Shown one piece after another: positions 23,828 through 31,910 of a stretch of 36,224 bases of DNA. The stretch is from a virus (lineage: Duplodnaviria > Caudoviricetes). The position numbers were made by a program, and so were the translations under genes. The DNA lies in the IMG/VR virus record IMGVR_UViG_3300024038_000030, positions 1 through 36,224 of that record; one strand, written 5' to 3'. Below the pieces are notes generated by a model. The model saw only the letters and a list, made by a program, of their open reading frames with translations, searched no databases and was not told where the DNA came from. The stretch's first letter is position 1; each line of letters opens with the position of its first letter.

Positions 23828-25372
23828 GTGCCGGCCGCGCCGCTCCCGCCGATTCGCCGCGCGCTGATCGACGAGCTGCTGCGCCAGCTCGGCATCGCGC
23901 GCGAGCAGATCGAGGAATCCCTGCGCACCGCGACGAGCGCGGACGTTGCGCGTCGCCTTCAGCGGCAGCGCGCCGAAATCGACCGCGTGCTCGGCGTGTT
24001 CCGGGGCGATGCGACAGCCGCGGCGATCGCCGGCGCAGACCAGGCGTGGGCCGCGGGCGTCTCGCAAGCGTCGGCATCGGCCTTGCGCATCAACACGCGC
24101 GCGCTGCTCGCCGTGCGCAACATGCTCACCGACCGCATCAAGGACGTCTCGCAGCAGGCGATCCGCCAGATCAACACCGCGCTCACGCAGCACCTGCTCG
24201 GCGTGCGCACGCTCTCGCAGACGATCAGCGACATCCAGGCAATCCTCGACCACGCCCCGCGGCGCCGCGCGATGACGATCGCCTACACCGAGATCGGCCG
24301 CGCCTACAACGCCGCGCACTACGAGGCGCTGCTCGAACAGGCCAGGCGCATCCCCGGCCTCAAGAAGCGCTGGATACACAGCGGCAAGGCGCACGGTCGG
24401 CCGGGGCACATCCACGCCGCGCAGCAGGAGCCGATCCCGGTTGAAGAGCCGTTCGAGATCGTCGATCCGAAAACCGGCGAGGTCGAGCAGCTGCGCTTTC
24501 CGCTCGATCCGAACGCGAGCGCGAAGAACACCATCAACTGCGGCTGCATGATGGAATCGGTGCTGCCGAGCGTCGAGGACATCTTCGCCGGCCCCATCGG
24601 GCCGATCGTCCAGCCGGGCGATGGCACGCGCAACGGCGTGCCGTTGCCGAACCCCGCGCCTCCCGTGCCGGCGGCGAAGCCGGCAACGACACCACCCGCT
24701 GCGCCAAAGCCGCCGAACCCGTCGACGTCGAGCATCGACGACATCTTCGCCGGCCCCATCGGCCCGATCGTCCAACCCGGAACGATCGTGCGCAACGGCG
24801 TCGTCGTGCAGGAGCCGGCGGGCATGCTCGCCAATCACGCGCCGCCCGCCGCGTGGGAACGCGCCGGTGTGGGCGGCTTGAGCCAGGCGCTCGCCGACGC
24901 ACTGATCCAGCTCGAACGCGAACTGCCCACACGCGCGGTCGAATGGGCCTACCTGCTTGACGAAACGGGCGCCGTCCTGTGGTCGGCCGAAGGCACGCGC
25001 AAACTCGTGAGGCTCGAAGGATTGGCCGTTTCGGTGGCGCGCGGCGCAGTCCTCACGCACACCCACTTCGATGATGCGCTGCCGTCGATCTTCGACATCT
25101 TCGCCGCGGCCGGGCGCGAGTTCGCAGAGATGCGCGTGGCCGGGCCGAACGTGCGCCACCGGCTGCTGCCGCCCCTGTCCGGATGGAACCTCGCTGCGCT
25201 CTTGCGGCAGGAGCATGAATTGCGTGCCTACGCCCGCTCCCTGCGCGATGACCTGCGCAAAGCCGGGGCGCCGGAGTCGGAGTATGATCGCCGTATCCTG
25301 GCGGGCCTGATTGAAGAGCTGGTCCGCCGGGGCCTGATCCGCATCGAGACTTATCGCAACCCGACGCCATGA
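23828..25372 (+). CDS. MuF-type minor head protein with C-terminal JAB/JAMM-like domain
   Basis: MuF motifs 'RAMTIAYTE', 'KKRWIHSG..RPGH', 'LRFPLDP...NTINCGC'; Pro-rich linker; E372...H411-T-H413...S420-x2-D423. Confidence 0.85.
   Translation: MPAAPLPPIRRALIDELLRQLGIAREQIEESLRTATSADVARRLQRQRAEIDRVLGVFRGDATAAAIAGADQAWAAGVSQASASALRINTRALLAVRNMLTDRIKDVSQQAIRQINTALTQHLLGVRTLSQTISDIQAILDHAPRRRAMTIAYTEIGRAYNAAHYEALLEQARRIPGLKKRWIHSGKAHGRPGHIHAAQQEPIPVEEPFEIVDPKTGEVEQLRFPLDPNASAKNTINCGCMMESVLPSVEDIFAGPIGPIVQPGDGTRNGVPLPNPAPPVPAAKPATTPPAAPKPPNPSTSSIDDIFAGPIGPIVQPGTIVRNGVVVQEPAGMLANHAPPAAWERAGVGGLSQALADALIQLERELPTRAVEWAYLLDETGAVLWSAEGTRKLVRLEGLAVSVARGAVLTHTHFDDALPSIFDIFAAAGREFAEMRVAGPNVRHRLLPPLSGWNLAALLRQEHELRAYARSLRDDLRKAGAPESEYDRRILAGLIEELVRRGLIRIETYRNPTP
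24567..24801. repeat. Imperfect 73-bp in-frame direct repeat (24567-24639, 24729-24801)
   Basis: Identical 23-bp core gacatcttcgccggccccatcgg; encodes DIFAGPIGPIVQPG...RNGV twice. Confidence 0.9.
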
Positions 25373-25569
25373 CGCGCCACGTACTCAACCTGCAGCAGCT
25401 CGACGGTGCGTCCATCCAGCAATGGATGGATTCGCCGACGTCGACGCATGTTTCCATCGACGGCGTTACGCTGTCGGTCGAACAGGTCGAGGAGTTCGTG
25501 CGCATCGGAAAAGCCGAGGGCGGCGCCGCGCAGGAACGCTATCTCGATCGACTTCGGCCCGCCGCCTGA
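25369..25569 (+). CDS. Small protein coupled to MuF-JAB gene (candidate immunity/partner)
   Basis: ATGA overlap; followed by terminator. Confidence 0.6.
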   Translation: MTRHVLNLQQLDGASIQQWMDSPTSTHVSIDGVTLSVEQVEEFVRIGKAEGGAAQERYLDRLRPAA

Positions 25570-25582
25570 TCCACTCACTCCG

Positions 25583-25610
25583 AACCCCGCTCCGGCGGGG
25601 TTTTTCTTTT
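25583..25610 (+). terminator. Intrinsic terminator
   Basis: AACCCCGC-tccg-GCGGGGTT followed by T-rich run. Confidence 0.85.
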
Positions 25611-25651
25611 AGCGCCCGCTAAAAGACTGGCCGACACGGCCTTCGCATCAT
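25605..25651 (+). promoter_or_regulatory. Putative activator-dependent late promoter (head/tail operon)
   Basis: Palindrome TCTTTTAGCG-cc-CGCTAAAAGA (25605-25626); -10-like CATCAT 25646-25651. Confidence 0.7.
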
Positions 25652-25690
25652 CGCCTCCGCAACGGTTGTTCCCCGTTCCCCGGAGGTTCC

Positions 25691-25867
25691 ATGTCCAAGC
25701 CCAAGAAGGCAGCCGCGCAGCCTGGCGCGTCGGCCGATCAGAACGACAACGTCGAAACCGCTGCGGCCGAGTACGAGCCGGTCGGCGAAGTGCGCGTCAT
25801 TGCCGAAGGCAAGCACGCGCGCATCCTCGAGGACGATGTGCGCCGCTGGAAGGAGCCGCGCGAATGA
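25691..25867 (+). CDS. Small protein (58 aa, MSKPKKAAAQ...), absent from ORF track
   Basis: GGAGG RBS; open frame; ATGA coupling to capsid polyprotein. Confidence 0.7.
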   Translation: MSKPKKAAAQPGASADQNDNVETAAAEYEPVGEVRVIAEGKHARILEDDVRRWKEPRE

Positions 25868-28224
25868 AGCTGCGCGCGCTCGCCGCGGCGATCGCCGCCG
25901 CAGGCATCGTCGGCGAAACCGCCTTGCGCGAGGCGGCAGCCACCGAGCTTGGCCAGGTGGTCGATCTCGTGCGCGCTGCCGTGCGCGAAGCGCGACGCGT
26001 GACGTCGGACGGCTGGGATTTCTCCCTCGACTCCGTGTTCCCCGACCGCGCGATCGTCTTCGCGCAGGGCCGCTACTGGGCCTATCCGTACACCATCGGC
26101 GACGACAACCAGGTCACGCTCGGCACGCCGGGCGAAGTCATCGTCGATTTCGCACCTGTGGGGGCACGGGTGGCAGAGGCAGTCGCGGCGGGACAAAGCT
26201 CCCCCGCCGCGGCTGCCCATGCTTCCGTGTTCATCGAGGCCATCGCCGGCGCGGATGCTTCCGCGCCGCCGCGTTACCTGGTGCGCGTCATCAAGGCCGG
26301 CACGTCGCTCAACGGCGTGGACTATCCCGCCGCCGTGCTGCGCGAGGCCGTCGGCAAGTTCGACGGCACGCGCGTCTTCGTGAAGAACGACGACGCGCAC
26401 ATCAAGGGCGATCGCGCCGCAAAGGACTTTCGACAGCTCGTCGGCAAGCTCACCGAGCCGCGCTTCGTCGAAGCGTCCGGCGAAATCCAGGCGGTGCTCG
26501 ACGTGCTGGAGACCAGCGACGTCGCCGCAAAGCTGCGCGAGGCCGTCTCGCGCGGCATGACCGATCTCTTCGGCCTGTCGATCGACGCGACCGGCAGCGC
26601 GAAGAAGAAAGGCAAGTTCCGCGAGGCCACCAAGCTCGTGAAGGTCGACAGCGTCGACCTGATCATCGAGCCGGGTGCTGGCGGGCAAGTCATCCGTTTC
26701 ATTGAAGCTGCATCCACCCAGGAGTCCGACATGCTGCGTCAGCAGATGCTCAAGTTCATCGAAGCGCGCGACGCCGATCGCGCCAAGGCCCTCGCCGACG
26801 CCACGGACGAGGACGTCATGACCGCCTACCGCGAGGCCGTTGCGGCCGAATCGGCGGCGAACCCCAACAACTCGGCAGGCAGTGGTGGTGGAAACGGTGC
26901 CGGCGCGGGTGAGTCCGCGCCGGTTACCGCCGCCGACGTCGATGCGCGCATCCGCATGGTCGAGGCGCGTGCCAACGCGCGCGTCGCCATCGCCGGCAGC
27001 CGCTTGCCCGCGGCCGCGCAGGAGCGTCTCACGCAGCGCTTCGCGGAAGCGGCCAGCTTCACCGATGCAGACGTCACCGCGGCGATCACCGGCGAGCGCG
27101 AATACATCGGCCGCATGACCGAGGGCGCGCAGATCCGCGGGCTCGGCTCGATCGAGGCCGGCGAGGACCGCGCCGAGAAGGTCGACGCGATGCTCGACAA
27201 CTTCTTCGACCGCAGCAAGCCGGCGTCGAGTTTCCGTGAGGCGTACATCGAGATCACGGGCGACACGCGCGTGACCGGCCTGATCCAGAACTGCGACCTG
27301 CGCCGCCTGCGCGAAGCGGTCGGCGAGCAGCGCTTCGCCGAGGCCGTCAGCTCCACGACGTTCTCCAACATCCTGGGCGACTCGATCACCCGCGCAATGA
27401 TCCGCGACTACGGCTCGTCGGAGGCATACAGCGACTTCCGCTGGATGTGCGACGTCGTGCCGGTCAACGACTTCCGCGAGCAGAAGCGCGTGCGCATGGG
27501 CGGCTACGGCAACCTGCCGGCGGTCGCGGAAAACGGCGCGTACAACGCACTCACCACGCCAGGCGATGAAGCCGCCAAGTATTCGGCGACGAAGCGCGGC
27601 GGCACCGAGACGCTGTCGATCGAGACGATCGCGAACGACGACGTCGGCGTGATCCGCCGCATTCCGATGAGCCTGGCCACGGCCGCGGGTCGCACGCTGT
27701 ACGAGTTCGTCTACGACTTCCTGGCGACGAACCCGACCATCTACGACACCAAGGCGCTGTTCCACGCCACGCACAACAACACCGGCACCGCCGCGCTCGA
27801 CGCGACGTCCTTCGCCGCGGCGCGCCTGGCGATCAAGCAGCAGACCGAGCTGTCGAGCAACAAGCGCCTGGGCCTCACGTTGCGCCATCTGGTGATTCCG
27901 GCGGAGCTGGAGGAGACGGCCTTCAACCTGTTCGTGCGCAACACGAACAACGACGAGACCTTCGTCCAGTCGCGCAAGCCGACCGTGCACGTGGTCGACT
28001 ACTGGACCGACGTCAGCAACTGGTACGCGACGACGGACAACGCGCAGTGCCCGCTGATCGAGCTGGGCTTCTACGGCAGCGAGACGCCGGACCTGTTCGT
28101 GCAGGATCTGCCCACGCAGGGCTCGCTCTTCACGAACGACCAGATCAAGTACAAGATCCGGCACATCTACGGCGGCGCGGTGCGCGACTTCCGCGGCTTC
28201 TACGGCGCGATCGTCGCCGACTGA
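25864..28224 (+). CDS. Fused prohead protease-scaffold-major capsid protein (Mu gpT-like C-terminus)
   Basis: Protease-like 'GTSLNGVDYP..VL', 'GLSIDA', 'VDLIIEPGAGG'; capsid-like 'STTFSNIL', 'IANDDVG', 'LFHATHNN', 'LVIPAELE', 'YKIRHIYG...DFRG'. Confidence 0.88.
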   Translation: MKLRALAAAIAAAGIVGETALREAAATELGQVVDLVRAAVREARRVTSDGWDFSLDSVFPDRAIVFAQGRYWAYPYTIGDDNQVTLGTPGEVIVDFAPVGARVAEAVAAGQSSPAAAAHASVFIEAIAGADASAPPRYLVRVIKAGTSLNGVDYPAAVLREAVGKFDGTRVFVKNDDAHIKGDRAAKDFRQLVGKLTEPRFVEASGEIQAVLDVLETSDVAAKLREAVSRGMTDLFGLSIDATGSAKKKGKFREATKLVKVDSVDLIIEPGAGGQVIRFIEAASTQESDMLRQQMLKFIEARDADRAKALADATDEDVMTAYREAVAAESAANPNNSAGSGGGNGAGAGESAPVTAADVDARIRMVEARANARVAIAGSRLPAAAQERLTQRFAEAASFTDADVTAAITGEREYIGRMTEGAQIRGLGSIEAGEDRAEKVDAMLDNFFDRSKPASSFREAYIEITGDTRVTGLIQNCDLRRLREAVGEQRFAEAVSSTTFSNILGDSITRAMIRDYGSSEAYSDFRWMCDVVPVNDFREQKRVRMGGYGNLPAVAENGAYNALTTPGDEAAKYSATKRGGTETLSIETIANDDVGVIRRIPMSLATAAGRTLYEFVYDFLATNPTIYDTKALFHATHNNTGTAALDATSFAAARLAIKQQTELSSNKRLGLTLRHLVIPAELEETAFNLFVRNTNNDETFVQSRKPTVHVVDYWTDVSNWYATTDNAQCPLIELGFYGSETPDLFVQDLPTQGSLFTNDQIKYKIRHIYGGAVRDFRGFYGAIVAD

Positions 28225-28913
28225 TGAGCCTTGCCGCCGTCCAGCAGCTCGTCGATGACCTGGTCCGGGATTCGGACCAGGTCATTTCTTCGACGCAACG
28301 TGACGATGCGATCGCCAATGCGCTCGCTCGCTACAGCGTCGATGCGCCACGCCGCGTCATCGAAGACGTGAGCGTCGCCGGCGACGGCTCCCTGCCGTTG
28401 CCTGACGCCTGGACGATGGGCGCCTCGCGCCTGGTCAGCGCGGAATACCCGATCGGCCGGCGGCCGATCGCTTTCATTCCTCCGGAGCTGCTCGACGTGC
28501 GCGCCACGCCGAGCGGCGAAGACATCCTGCTCCTCGCGGAGCTGCCGGCCGGCGACGCCGTACGGCTCACCTACAGCGCGCTGCACGTGCTCGACGCCGG
28601 CACCGACACCGTGCCCGTGGCGCATCGCCGCGCGCTCGCCGCGCTCGCCGCGTCGGACCTGTGCGGCCAGCTTGCCGCGCAGTACAGCAGCGAGGGCGCG
28701 CCGACCATCAGCGCCGACACCGTCGATCACCAGGGCAAGAGCGGCCGTTGGCGCCAGCGCCAGCGCGATCTCGCCGCGGACTACGCGAAGGTGGTTGCCC
28801 CGGCGCCGAACGATCGTGCCAAGCCCGCGTACGCCGAGACCGTACTGCCGAGCCGCAACGCGCTCGGCGGTCGCCGCCTGTTCCATCCACCTTCGGAGTG
28901 GCCGCGCTCGTGA
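28224..28913 (+). CDS. Putative head-tail connector protein
   Basis: TGATG coupling after capsid; position. Confidence 0.6.
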   Translation: MSLAAVQQLVDDLVRDSDQVISSTQRDDAIANALARYSVDAPRRVIEDVSVAGDGSLPLPDAWTMGASRLVSAEYPIGRRPIAFIPPELLDVRATPSGEDILLLAELPAGDAVRLTYSALHVLDAGTDTVPVAHRRALAALAASDLCGQLAAQYSSEGAPTISADTVDHQGKSGRWRQRQRDLAADYAKVVAPAPNDRAKPAYAETVLPSRNALGGRRLFHPPSEWPRS

Positions 28914-29428
28914 AAGCGACGATCGACGCCTCCGACTACGCGCAGCTCGCGGACTACTGGCAACGCTCGCCGGACATCACGCGCACCGTGCTCATGCGCG
29001 CGATGACGGTGATCGACCTGGACCTTCAGAACACGCTCAAGCGCGACCTGCCCAAGGGCGCGGGCGGCGCAGCCGGCCTGCAGGGATCGGTCACCACCGA
29101 GGAGCACGCGCTCGCGGACAACGTCATCGGCATGACGTACTCGTCGCTGCCGCAGGCCGTGTTCGTGGAGCTGGGCACCAAGCCGCACCCGGTGTCGGAA
29201 GAAGGCGTGCAAGCGCTCGCCGACTGGGTGCAGGCCAAGTTCGGCGAATCCGATGAGGAATCCGCGTTGTCGATCGCGCACGCCGTCGCCTGGAAGATCC
29301 GGCGCAAGGGCACACCGGCGAACCCGGTGTGGCAGCGCACCTGGGACGCCAAGCAACCCTACATCCGCGAAGTGTTCGACGGCGCCATGCGCCGCATCGC
29401 CGCGGAACTCGCCCGGAGCGGCGCATGA
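28910..29428 (+). CDS. HK97 gp10-like / virion morphogenesis protein
   Basis: 'AVFVELGTKPH', 'KIRRKGT'. Confidence 0.7.
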   Translation: MKATIDASDYAQLADYWQRSPDITRTVLMRAMTVIDLDLQNTLKRDLPKGAGGAAGLQGSVTTEEHALADNVIGMTYSSLPQAVFVELGTKPHPVSEEGVQALADWVQAKFGESDEESALSIAHAVAWKIRRKGTPANPVWQRTWDAKQPYIREVFDGAMRRIAAELARSGA

Positions 29429-29907
29429 GCATCGAAGCGATCCGCCTCGCGATCGTTGCGCGCATGTCGTCGGTCGATGACGTCGGCATCGTGCAGTTGC
29501 ACGAGCGCTACGCGGCCGACCTGGCCAAGCTCAAGGCGCTCTACTGGTCGGCGCCGCACAACCAGCTGCGCGGCTGGTACGTGCGCCGCGTCGCCACCGC
29601 CGAGACCGGCAACCGCCAGGCGCACACCGTCGAGCAGCTGCGCTGGCGCATCGTCGGCTTCATGGCGTTCGACGATGCGAACGCGAGCGAGCTGACGTTC
29701 GACGCCCTCATCGAGTCCCTGCGCGATGCGTTTGCGCAGGACGAAACCCTCGGCGGCACCGTCGACCAATGCTCGGACCCGACGAGCCCGGATGGCGTCA
29801 GCGGCCTGCAGCTCGACGACTCCGGCCCCGTGATGTTCGCGGGCGTGCTCTGCCACGCCTGCCGCTTGAGCCTCACCACCGTTCGCTACCTGGATCGCCA
29901 ACCATGA
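29425..29907 (+). CDS. Putative tail terminator/completion protein
   Basis: Position before tail tube; 'TLGGTV', 'VMFAGVLCH'. Confidence 0.65.
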   Translation: MSIEAIRLAIVARMSSVDDVGIVQLHERYAADLAKLKALYWSAPHNQLRGWYVRRVATAETGNRQAHTVEQLRWRIVGFMAFDDANASELTFDALIESLRDAFAQDETLGGTVDQCSDPTSPDGVSGLQLDDSGPVMFAGVLCHACRLSLTTVRYLDRQP

Positions 29908-30131
29908 ACCGCACTCCCCACGAACCCGACAAGAGCGTCGGCGGCACGTTCCACTACGACCGCACCGGCCGCTTCACGCACCACACGCCGGCGACGCGCG
30001 CGGCAACGGCCCCTGCGCCGGCCGCCGCGCCTTCGGCGCAACCCGAATCCGCTCCGGCCGAAGAGCCGGCAGCGTCGCCCGCGGCCGAGCCGCACCGTTC
30101 TCGCGGCGCGCGCCGCGGCAAGCAGGAGTAA
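29904..30131 (+). CDS. Small Ala/Pro-rich hypothetical protein
   Basis: ATGA coupling; 'GGTFHYD'. Confidence 0.55.
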   Translation: MNRTPHEPDKSVGGTFHYDRTGRFTHHTPATRAATAPAPAAAPSAQPESAPAEEPAASPAAEPHRSRGARRGKQE

Positions 30132-30137
30132 GTCACC

Positions 30138-31058
30138 ATGCGCATGCGCAAAATCGCGCTCTTCGCGGATCTCGAAGTCACCTACGGCACCGCCGTCGCG
30201 CTGACCGGCGACAACGCCATCCGCACCCACGAACTCAAAGTCACGCCGTTCGTCGCGCAGACCGTCGATCGCAAGCTCGACGGCGCCAAGCCCGGCAACA
30301 GCGGAGCCATTCACACCGGCCCGCACATCGAGATCGAGTTCGATGTGGAGCTGGCCGGTTCCGGCACCGCCGGCACCGCGCCCGCGTACGGCGTGCTGTT
30401 CAAGGCCTGCCAGATGTCCGAGACGGTCGTCGAAGACACCAGCGTGACGTACGCGCCGGCCAGCGACAGCCTCGGATCGCTCACGATGTACGTCGAGCTG
30501 GACGGCCAGCGGCATGCGACGAAGGGCGCACGCGGCACTTGGTCCATCAAGTTCGACAGCCAGGGCATTCCGTACATCCACTTCAAGTTCACGGGCCTGT
30601 GGATCGACCCGGTCAGCGCGGCCGCGCTCGCGCCGGATTTCAGCGGCTTCAAGACGCCGCGCCCGGTCACGTTCGCGTTCACGCCCAAGGTGAGCCTGCA
30701 TGGCCTGGATTCGGTGTATCGCAGCTTCAGCTACGACCACGCCAACGACGTGCAGTTTTTCGACAACCCCGGCGAGCAGTTCGTGGACATCATGGAGCGC
30801 AACCCGGCCGGCAGCATCAGCCTGCTTGCGCCGACGCTGGCCACGAAGAACTACTTCACCACGGCCATGAACGACACGACCGACGCGCTCACGCTCGTCC
30901 ACGGCATGACGCCGGGCAACATCGTCACGATCGCCGCGCCGAACGTGCAGCTGCTGGAACCCAACTACGCCGACGACAAGGGCCGCGCGATGCTGGAGGC
31001 CAAGCTCGGCTTCGTCTACGGCGCCGGCGACGACGAGGTGTCGCTCGCCTTCACCTGA
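30138..31058 (+). CDS. Major tail tube protein (non-contractile)
   Basis: 'E.TYG', 'VELAGSGTAGTAPAYGVLFKAC', 'GARG', 'F.FTGL'; no sheath gene. Confidence 0.85.
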   Translation: MRMRKIALFADLEVTYGTAVALTGDNAIRTHELKVTPFVAQTVDRKLDGAKPGNSGAIHTGPHIEIEFDVELAGSGTAGTAPAYGVLFKACQMSETVVEDTSVTYAPASDSLGSLTMYVELDGQRHATKGARGTWSIKFDSQGIPYIHFKFTGLWIDPVSAAALAPDFSGFKTPRPVTFAFTPKVSLHGLDSVYRSFSYDHANDVQFFDNPGEQFVDIMERNPAGSISLLAPTLATKNYFTTAMNDTTDALTLVHGMTPGNIVTIAAPNVQLLEPNYADDKGRAMLEAKLGFVYGAGDDEVSLAFT

Positions 31059-31070
31059 CGCCGCTTCAAG

Positions 31071-31108
31071 CCCTCCCCTTCAAGGGGAGGGTTGGGTGGG
31101 GATGGTGT
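31071..31108. repeat. REP-like hairpin CCCTCCCCTT-c-AAGGGGAGGG with G-rich tail
   Basis: Perfect 10-bp inverted repeat 31071-31091 followed by ttgggtggggatggtgt. Confidence 0.6.
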
Positions 31109-31190
31109 CCATTATCGTCGCCACCGCACCACGCAACGTCCCGTGCCCCCACGGGGAGATTTTTTCCGCTCCCACGAAAGGACGTTTCGC

Positions 31191-31541
31191 ATGTTCAAGC
31201 TCGACCAAGGCAATACCTACTTCTTTCCCGTCACGGTTGAAATGACCGACGCGGAAGGCCGCAAGCGCAAGTTCGAGTTCGACGCCGAGTTCGAGCGCCT
31301 GCCGCAGGACGAGATCAACGAGTTCTTCCGCAAGCGCGAAGAGGGAGAGGCGCCGCTGAAGGATGCCGATCTCCTCGATCGCGTGTTCAAGGGCTGGCGC
31401 AAGGTGCAGGACGCCGAAGGCCGCGAGCTGGAAGTCACGCCGGATAACCGCGCCATGCTGCTCAACGTGTACCCGGTGTCGCCGTCCATCGCGAAGGCCT
31501 GGCTCAAGTCCATCGGCATCGAGGGCAAGGCAAAAAACTGA
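31191..31541 (+). CDS. Tail assembly chaperone
   Basis: Between tail tube and tape measure; 'FDAEFERLPQ', 'GWRKVQD', ends 'AKN'. Confidence 0.85.
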   Translation: MFKLDQGNTYFFPVTVEMTDAEGRKRKFEFDAEFERLPQDEINEFFRKREEGEAPLKDADLLDRVFKGWRKVQDAEGRELEVTPDNRAMLLNVYPVSPSIAKAWLKSIGIEGKAKN

Positions 31542-31909
31542 CCGCGGCGGCGGTGTGGTGGGCGCAGGACGGACCCGGCAGCGACATCGAGCAATACATC
31601 GACGAACTGCGCGGGAAAGGGTGGAGCGAAGAGGCCATCGCCCTGGAATACGCAGAAGCAACCCGGCTCGCGGAGCCGGGTCGCATCTGGCCCGAGTGCA
31701 AACCGGCGCTCGACGTGTTCCTCGCCTGCGAATGGACGTACATCCCGACGTTTGGCGGTCCGCCGATTCGCATCGGCATCGCGAACACCGAGATCGAATC
31801 CGTCTGCTGCCTGCACCGCATCCCGCCGCGCGATCGCCGTGAGATTGCCTACCTGGTCCGCGCAATGGCCAACGCCGCTGCTCCCGTGTTGAACGAGAAG
31901 AAATCCTGA
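31532..31909 (+). CDS. -1 frameshift extension of tail assembly chaperone (DUF1799-like)
   Basis: Slippery A AAA AAC 31532-31538; -1 frame open to 31909 ('IWPECKPALDVFL'). Confidence 0.8.
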   Translation, partial: KKLTAAAVWWAQDGPGSDIEQYIDELRGKGWSEEAIALEYAEATRLAEPGRIWPECKPALDVFLACEWTYIPTFGGPPIRIGIANTEIESVCCLHRIPPRDRREIAYLVRAMANAAAPVLNEKKS

Positions 31910-31910
31910 C

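Noticed and set aside
1720-24801. CRISPR array or DGR template/variable repeat explanation for the direct repeats
   Set aside because: Only two copies each, no spacer series, no cas or reverse transcriptase; mismatches in the 73-bp pair are not adenine-specific
25369-25867. Anti-CRISPR locus (the slot before the protease gene holds acr-aca in some Mu-like phages)
   Set aside because: No aca-like HTH gene and no separate promoter before the 66-aa ORF; not excluded but unsupported
20715-28164. Long minus-strand ORFs (20715-22274, 22070-23575, 23621-25216, 25738-28164)
   Set aside because: Shadows of terL, portal, MuF and capsid genes
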